A stretch of 64,000 nucleotides of DNA. It comes from an uncultured candidate division Zixibacteria bacterium (GTDB lineage Bacteria; Zixibacteria; MSB-5A5; GN15; FEB-12). A model generated the notes under the pieces. The model saw only the letters and a program-made list of their open reading frames with translations. It had not been told where the DNA came from and made no database searches. The position numbers were made by a program, and so were the translations under genes. Where the stretch lies: positions 1 through 64,000 of the forward strand of contig CAVTJJ010000006.1 in NCBI GenBank assembly GCA_963735035.1, written 5' to 3'. This document shows, in pieces, positions 58,531 through 64,000 of this stretch. Position 1 is the stretch's first letter. Each line of letters opens with the position of its first letter.

Positions 58531-59199
58531 TTAACTCTCGGACTGGGCCTGACCCGACGAGGGACTGTAATATTTCTTGCCGGCCAACGGTTTTGAAATC
58601 TGATCTATGAGATCATCGAAATGTTCCGGACGGTGGACGAAATCAATCTCATCGGTCTTGACTACGAGCAGCGGGGTGTCGCTGTAGTGGAAGAAGAAGT
58701 AGTCATAGGCGTTGTTCAGCAATTCGATGTATTCGGAATCGATCGGCTTCTCGAACGGGTGGTTCCGCCGGCGGATGCGGTCCAGAAGCACTCTTGTAGA
58801 CGCCTGTAGATATATCACCAGGTCGGGAGCGGGAACGTCGCGTGACAGCGTCGGAGCGATCTTGTTGTAGAGAGTCAACTCGCGTTCCGACAGGATAACC
58901 GAAGCAAAGATAGCGTCTTTGGCGAACAGATAGTCGGCGACAATCTTCTGTGCGAACAGGTCGCGCACCATCAGTTGCTGTTGCTGCTGAAAACGGGATA
59001 TCAGGAAGTAGAGCTGGCAGGACAGAGCGTAACGCTTGCGGTCCTTGTAGAAATCCGCCAGGAAGGGATTTTCAAGGACTTCTTCGTTTATCAACCGTGC
59101 GCTCAACCGCTCGGCCAGCATCTGGGCGAACGAAGTCTTGCCGACCCCGATCACACCTTCCACCGCGATGTAGCCTGATTCAAGTTTGTCTTGGGACAT
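58531..59199 (-). CDS. Deoxynucleoside kinase
   Basis: IAVEGVIGVGKT, ENPFL..FY, PDLVIYL, RIRRR. Confidence 0.92.
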   Translation of the reverse strand: MSQDKLESGYIAVEGVIGVGKTSFAQMLAERLSARLINEEVLENPFLADFYKDRKRYALSCQLYFLISRFQQQQQLMVRDLFAQKIVADYLFAKDAIFASVILSERELTLYNKIAPTLSRDVPAPDLVIYLQASTRVLLDRIRRRNHPFEKPIDSEYIELLNNAYDYFFFHYSDTPLLVVKTDEIDFVHRPEHFDDLIDQISKPLAGKKYYSPSSGQAQSES

Positions 59200-59692
59200 G
59201 GTCCTTATAAACCTCAATCTCGGCCCGACCGGCCCTTGTGGCTGATGCTGACAGCGGCTTGCCCGAAACCGGGTCAACCAAATCGGGGTCGATCTCCAGT
59301 AGTGGTACGAGGACAAAAGCCCGCTTGATCAACCGGCGATGCGGGATTTGCAGGCGGTCGGTCTTGATTTGGCTTTGACCAAACAGCAGTATGTCCAGAT
59401 CAATTGTCCGGGCCAGTTTTTCGCCTTTGGCGTCGCGTCCCAGCGCACTCTCTATCTCCTCAAGGGCTGTCAGGAGTTGTTCGGCTGAGTACGTATACTC
59501 GCCTTTCACGACCTGGTTCAGAAACGAGGGAGAATCCTTGGCCATTTCCTTGGCCGGACCGACATAAATGGCCGAAACCGCCGTGAGTTCGAGTCCGTCG
59601 ACTTCGTTAAGGCGGCTTAGAGCCTGCTTGAGAAACCATTCCCGGTCGCCCAGGTTGGATCCGAGTGCGATATAGACCGTTTCGGTGCTCAG
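59180..59692 (-). CDS. folK: 6-hydroxymethyl-7,8-dihydropterin pyrophosphokinase; apparent CTG start
   Basis: YIALGSNLGDR upstream of the ORF-track start; FLN, RTIDLDIL, IPH...RAFVL.PL. Confidence 0.9.
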   Translation of the reverse strand: MSTETVYIALGSNLGDREWFLKQALSRLNEVDGLELTAVSAIYVGPAKEMAKDSPSFLNQVVKGEYTYSAEQLLTALEEIESALGRDAKGEKLARTIDLDILLFGQSQIKTDRLQIPHRRLIKRAFVLVPLLEIDPDLVDPVSGKPLSASATRAGRAEIEVYKDHVPRQT

Positions 59693-59693
59693 G

Positions 59694-60104
59694 TTATTTG
59701 GTCTCCGTCGAGCCAGAGTTCAGTGTCGCCAGTTTCGAAGTATCTCCCTGATACCGGGTGACTTCGACCTCAATATATCTTGCCGGTCCGGTCACCGGGG
59801 GATGAAGCTTACGAATCTTCAAAGTTACGCCGTAGATCGGAAACTTGTCAAGCAGTATGCCGGCCAAATCGGCGGCCAGACCTTCCAGGAGCGCATACGC
59901 TTTTCCTTCGACGGCGTCCTTAATAGAGGAATACACCTGACCATAGTCAATCGTGTCGCTCAGATCGTCGGTATGACCGGCGGCGGCCAGGTCGGTTTGA
60001 ATTTCGCAGTCGACTTCGAAGAGTCGGCCGGTTTCCTTCTCGGCAGCACTGACGCCGTGATAACCGTAGAAAGTAAGCCCGACCAGGCGAATGACATCTT
60101 TCAT
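59694..60104 (-). CDS. folB: Dihydroneopterin aldolase
   Basis: FYGYHGV...E, DDL.DTIDY, LLE; ATGA overlap with the upstream gene. Confidence 0.93.
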   Translation of the reverse strand: MKDVIRLVGLTFYGYHGVSAAEKETGRLFEVDCEIQTDLAAAGHTDDLSDTIDYGQVYSSIKDAVEGKAYALLEGLAADLAGILLDKFPIYGVTLKIRKLHPPVTGPARYIEVEVTRYQGDTSKLATLNSGSTETK

Positions 60105-61282
60105 GATTCCTCCCTCGGAGTTCTGACCAGTCGACTTTTGCGCACTCGACGGCAGGCTTCGGCATATGCTTCCGGTCCGGCCAGCAGGCTGAAGCGCATA
60201 TACCCTTCGCCGTTTTCGCCGAACGCCAGACCCGGCGCCACAGCGATACGGAATCGGCGCAACAAGGTGCGACAAAGATTTGTCGAAGGCATCCGTCGCT
60301 CGATGCGAGCCCATTCGAAAGGGACCGAGGCTTGTCCGGATCGCTCCAGTCGCAGCAACTCGAGCAATTCGGTGGCTCCAGCGGCCGACCTGGCTATTTG
60401 ATCACGGATTGTCAGCAGCGCGGGTGACGGGTGGCGGCGAATCGCCTCAATCGCCGCATTCACGGCCACCGAAGGCAGGAAGTGCGGGGTGAGGCGAGCT
60501 GTCTTCTCCAGGCCACTGATGGCTTCGCGACTCCCGACCGCATATCCAAACGGAAGCGATGGCAGGCCGAACTGATAAGCGAATGATCCCAGTTCAACGC
60601 CAACTTTTTTGCCTCCGACAACAGCTATGAGCGAGACCGGGGGACGGGGTGATATTGAAGCATAAGCGGCATCGTTGACAATAAGAGTATTCTGGCGCCC
60701 GGCGGTCCAGACCAGTTCGGAAAGGTCCTTATGGCTCAGCTCCACCCCGGTGGGGTTATGGGGCGAATTCAAGAATAGCAGGCGAGCCACGCGGCCGAGA
60801 CTGGTGCTGATACGGTCAAATTTTGGCAGCCAATCGGACTTGGACGAAACCGAATAGGCAACGGGCTGGCCGTTACAGGCGGTCACACAGGCGCGATAGA
60901 GCGGCACACCCACAGCAGGGACGAACGCTGCGTCGCCGGCGTCGATATAGGCCATGGTCATCTGAAGCGTCAGGGTCGATATTCCGCCGCCGATGAAGAT
61001 CTCCTTGTCGGGGAGAATTCTCACTCCGTGTGTGCGGCCAAGCCATCCGGATAGTTCTTCGCGAAGATTAGATAGTTGCTCGTGACTGGCCGGTGCCAGT
61101 GCACCAGGCTGGAGATTCAGGCCGCTGTCGGCGGCGACGGGCCACTGGAACGAGGCGAGATCGATGACATCAGTGCGCCCCAGCCCGAAGAACTTGTGCC
61201 CGACTGGGATGAAATCGCTCACTTCGGGCGGCATCTGATAGATGCGATTGGCCTTGTCTATGACTACTTTTCGTACCGGCAA
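60101..61282 (-). CDS. Class I/II aminotransferase-fold protein (DapL-like) lacking the PLP lysine
   Basis: NSPHNPTG, DAAY, PG.AFG..GEGYMRFSL present; SFAYQFGLPSLPFG replaces S.SK....GWR.G. Confidence 0.8.
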   Translation of the reverse strand: MPVRKVVIDKANRIYQMPPEVSDFIPVGHKFFGLGRTDVIDLASFQWPVAADSGLNLQPGALAPASHEQLSNLREELSGWLGRTHGVRILPDKEIFIGGGISTLTLQMTMAYIDAGDAAFVPAVGVPLYRACVTACNGQPVAYSVSSKSDWLPKFDRISTSLGRVARLLFLNSPHNPTGVELSHKDLSELVWTAGRQNTLIVNDAAYASISPRPPVSLIAVVGGKKVGVELGSFAYQFGLPSLPFGYAVGSREAISGLEKTARLTPHFLPSVAVNAAIEAIRRHPSPALLTIRDQIARSAAGATELLELLRLERSGQASVPFEWARIERRMPSTNLCRTLLRRFRIAVAPGLAFGENGEGYMRFSLLAGPEAYAEACRRVRKSRLVRTPREES

Positions 61283-61286
61283 GTCA

Positions 61287-61950
61287 CTACCTCCGTTTCA
61301 CCTGAGGTGGTGTTTCCACGGTCTGCCTCAAGGCCGCCAGGCGTTTCAATTCGTCCTCCGGAAGTTGCTGAGGAGTGCCCAGAGCCTGAGTCAGATAGAG
61401 AATATGCGCTGCGTGCTCGACATTTTCCATTCTTGATAGCGCTTGCGGAAGAGTCCGCCCTATGGTAATCAGACCGTGATTACTGAGAACAAACGCATCG
61501 TGGTCAGCCGTAAAGGGACGGAGGACTTCGCCTAGTTGAGGAGTGCCGGGCGGGGCATACGGCGTATGAGCTACCGGTCCCACCAGGACTACCATCTCCG
61601 GCAGAGACTCCCAGGCCGGCTCAATACCGGTGAGAGCGAAAGCGGTGACGTGGGGGGGGTGGGCGTGGACAACAGCGTTAATATCCGGTCGTTCGCGATA
61701 GAAATGGAGATGAGCAGCGATTTCGGACGATGGTTTGTATCTGCCCTCGATTGCTCGCACCGTCGTAATCGACGGTTACCAGATCGTCGGTATCGAGATC
61801 GTCGACAGGTAGCCCCGAGGGAGTGATGAGAATCCGTTGTGAGTCCAGGCGCACCGAGATGTTGCCGTCGGAACCGGCCACTAGTTGCTTCTTGGCAAGT
61901 CTCTTTCCTGCAGTGAGGATCTGCCGGTATAGTTCCTTGTCTGAGCCCAT
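61287..61950 (-). CDS. Class II aldolase/adducin family protein (apparent frameshift near 61760)
   Basis: DGNISVR, ITPSG, KPSSE..H, VHAHP, NHG. Confidence 0.85.
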
Positions 61951-62177
61951 ATTGAGCAAAGTAGTGGCCCGGCCGACTGAAGTCAACAGAAGCAAGCAAG
62001 TGCACCGGTGGCGGTGGAGTGACCGCAGCTCATGTGCATTTTTTGTTCTATCAAGCCCAATGATAAGGAGTTAAGGTTACTTACCGCGAACTTCCGTGCA
62101 GAAACAGAGTATCATATGAGTAGCCCGGCACGTACTATGTTGTATGAAACAATACAGTGGCAGTCCAAAAGTATCGC

Positions 62178-62206
62178 TTGACACGGACTTAGGCCAGGAC
62201 TATCAT
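62178..62206 (+). promoter_or_regulatory. Putative sigma70 promoter TTGACA-N17-TATCAT
   Basis: Upstream of the degP-like gene. Confidence 0.6.
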
Positions 62207-62225
62207 AACAGGCTAACATTTTTCG

Positions 62226-63722
62226 GTGGGTTTTTTGAATAACCAATTGGTCTCCCCTCAGAAGCCAGGCCTTTCCGGCCGCAAGGTGGCTGGATACGCA
62301 TCGGCGGCGGTGCTCTTTACCCTGCTCGGCGTTCTAATTGCGTCCAATTTGGATCTGTCAACCCGGTCGATGGCCCAGGCTCCGACCAATATCGCCCAGA
62401 CCGGAGCCTATCCGGTGGTCGACAAGGATGGCCGTCAGCAGTCGCCGTTTGTCGACGTGGTCGAGCGGCTGGCCGACGCGGTCGTGAATGTTTCGGCGAG
62501 GACGCGCGATGATCAGGCCCCCTGGTGGTTCCGGGGTGGACATTACGCCATGTCGCGCGGTTCGGGTTTCTTTTTTCGCGACGATGGCTACGTTTTGACC
62601 AACAATCATGTTATCGCTAACGCGTTGGAGATTACCGTGCGGACTTCCACCGGTTATGACTATGAGGCTACCCTGGTCGGCGCCGATCCGGAGAGTGATC
62701 TGGCGGTTCTGCGCGTGAAACCGGAAGAGAAGATTACGACCATACCGTTCGGCGATTCGGAAGATATTCATGTCGGTGACTGGGCGATTGCAATCGGCAA
62801 CCCGTTCCCGGAGCAGGGCCTAGATCGAACCGTTACGGTTGGAGTCGTCTCGGCCAAAGAACGCAGTTCGCTTCGTTTTGGCGGCGAGACACCGTCGTAT
62901 CAAAACTACATTCAGACCGACGCGGCTATCAACCCCGGCAATTCGGGCGGCCCGCTTCTTAACATTCGCGGCGAATGTATCGGTGTTAATGCGGCCATAA
63001 CCAGCCCCACCGGTTCTTCGGTCGGTATCGGTTTCGCCATACCGATCAATCTCGCCCGGGCCGTGGTCCCAGACTTGATCGCCACGGGCAAAGTGAATCG
63101 CGGCTGGCTCGGTATCTACATGTCGCCGGTAAACGAACGGCTGGCCAAGAGGCTGGGTTTGAGCGCGGTTCGTGGCATTGTGATCGACTCGGTCTTTGTC
63201 GGTTCGCCGGCCGAGCGCGCGGGAATACGCCAGGGCGACGTAGTGGTTAAGTTTAACAATCAGGAAGTTACCAATAGCAGTCAGTTTTCGGTGCTGGTAT
63301 CAACAGTTAAACAGGGTGCTTCAGTCCCCGTGGAAGTTGTCCGCGAGGGGGAACATCTCAGCCTGACTACAGTTATTGGTGACCGGGACAGTGGCCTGGC
63401 GCAGGCGCCGGACAGAGGCGGTTCAGAGGTTCAGACCGAGGTGATCCTCGGTATGCAGATGAGCCCTTACACCGCTCAAATTGCCCGTGAAATTGGCGGG
63501 GAACTGGTCGACGGATTGTACGTTTGGAGTGTTTACCCGGGGACCGCAGCAGACGTCGCCGGCATTACCGCCGGTTCGGTTATCATGAAAGTCGGCAAGA
63601 ACGGCGTGACGACGGTGGAAGAGTTCGTCAAGGCCATCCATGCCGAAGGTGACCCCACGCGGATTCCGCTCATCGTGCAGGAGGCGGATGGCGCTATCGC
63701 CCGGAAGATTTTGCGGCAGTAG
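62226..63722 (+). CDS. Do/DegP-family serine protease with two PDZ domains
   Basis: GSGF, TNNHV, SDLAV, QTDAAINPGNSGGPL, RGWLG. Confidence 0.92.
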   Translation: MGFLNNQLVSPQKPGLSGRKVAGYASAAVLFTLLGVLIASNLDLSTRSMAQAPTNIAQTGAYPVVDKDGRQQSPFVDVVERLADAVVNVSARTRDDQAPWWFRGGHYAMSRGSGFFFRDDGYVLTNNHVIANALEITVRTSTGYDYEATLVGADPESDLAVLRVKPEEKITTIPFGDSEDIHVGDWAIAIGNPFPEQGLDRTVTVGVVSAKERSSLRFGGETPSYQNYIQTDAAINPGNSGGPLLNIRGECIGVNAAITSPTGSSVGIGFAIPINLARAVVPDLIATGKVNRGWLGIYMSPVNERLAKRLGLSAVRGIVIDSVFVGSPAERAGIRQGDVVVKFNNQEVTNSSQFSVLVSTVKQGASVPVEVVREGEHLSLTTVIGDRDSGLAQAPDRGGSEVQTEVILGMQMSPYTAQIAREIGGELVDGLYVWSVYPGTAADVAGITAGSVIMKVGKNGVTTVEEFVKAIHAEGDPTRIPLIVQEADGAIARKILRQ

Positions 63723-63809
63723 CCGCTACAAAAAAGACGTTTGAATAATCGGCCATGGCTGGCCGTTGATGTATAGAGAGTCGTTTGATCTAAGGAGTGC
63801 TCAGGCAAC

Positions 63810-64000
63810 GTGGCAAAACAATCCCTCAAATATCGCGACGAGGACCGGTCGCTCGATCTGTATCTTCGCGAGATCGGGGAGACTCCTCTCATCACCGCCG
63901 ATGAAGAAGTGCGTCTGGCCGACAAGATAAAGCAGGGCGATAAAAAGGCCCTGGAAAAACTAACTAAGGCCAATCTTGCGCTTCGTCGTGTCGGTGGCCA
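63810..64000 (+). CDS. Sigma70 RpoD/SigA-family factor, 5' part, no region 1.1 (absent from the ORF track; apparent indel near 63977)
   Basis: AAGGAG RBS, GTG; SLDLYLREIG..PL....EE..LA, EKLTKANL then RFVVSVA in another frame. Confidence 0.88.
   Translation, partial: MAKQSLKYRDEDRSLDLYLREIGETPLITADEEVRLADKIKQGDKKALEKLTKANLALRRVGG

Noticed and set aside
3035..63977. Frameshifts in EamA, rocD, queG, the HtrA-like gene (2), the cohesin-like gene (2), the aldolase and sigma70 as pseudogenes or programmed frameshifts
   Set aside because: About nine single-base indels scattered through unrelated conserved genes, several in short runs, with no shared slippery motif and intact sequence either side; most simply read or assembly errors. 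Needs a read pileup to confirm.

Overview
Bacterial chromosomal window, moderately GC-rich. The repeated Cys-bounded dockerin-like C-terminal modules, the NYPNPFN (T9SS/FlgD-type) tails and a short sigma70 lacking region 1.1 suggest an FCB-related lineage, probably candidate division Zixibacteria (inference). Housekeeping blocks: rocD, queG, an rpe-pgi-tkt-ybjQ-glk-like-thiN operon, tRNA-Gln(CTG), satP, rlmI-like, lipB, a 2-oxoacid dehydrogenase operon, a PerR/Fur-led oxidative-stress operon (plus a rubredoxin missing from the ORF track), SOD, an ECF-sigma/HtrA envelope-stress cluster, folB-folK-dNK-panB, degP and the start of a sigma70 gene. Main findings: (1) a candidate cohesin/dockerin-like secreted protein system, with five proteins (two are peptidases) ending in one shared Cys-stapled module and a cohesin-like protein carrying a T9SS-type tail; (2) many families of REP-like palindromes, a RAYT transposase and a GIY-YIG nuclease, with single genes tightly bracketed by repeat pairs like cassettes; (3) several apparent pseudoenzymes (glucokinase, aminotransferase, HtrA, second kinase domain); (4) a candidate structured sRNA behind a consensus promoter; (5) folK with no ATG/GTG/TTG start. 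About nine single-base frameshifts in conserved genes look like sequencing/assembly indels. All annotation is by eye from motifs; no searches were run.
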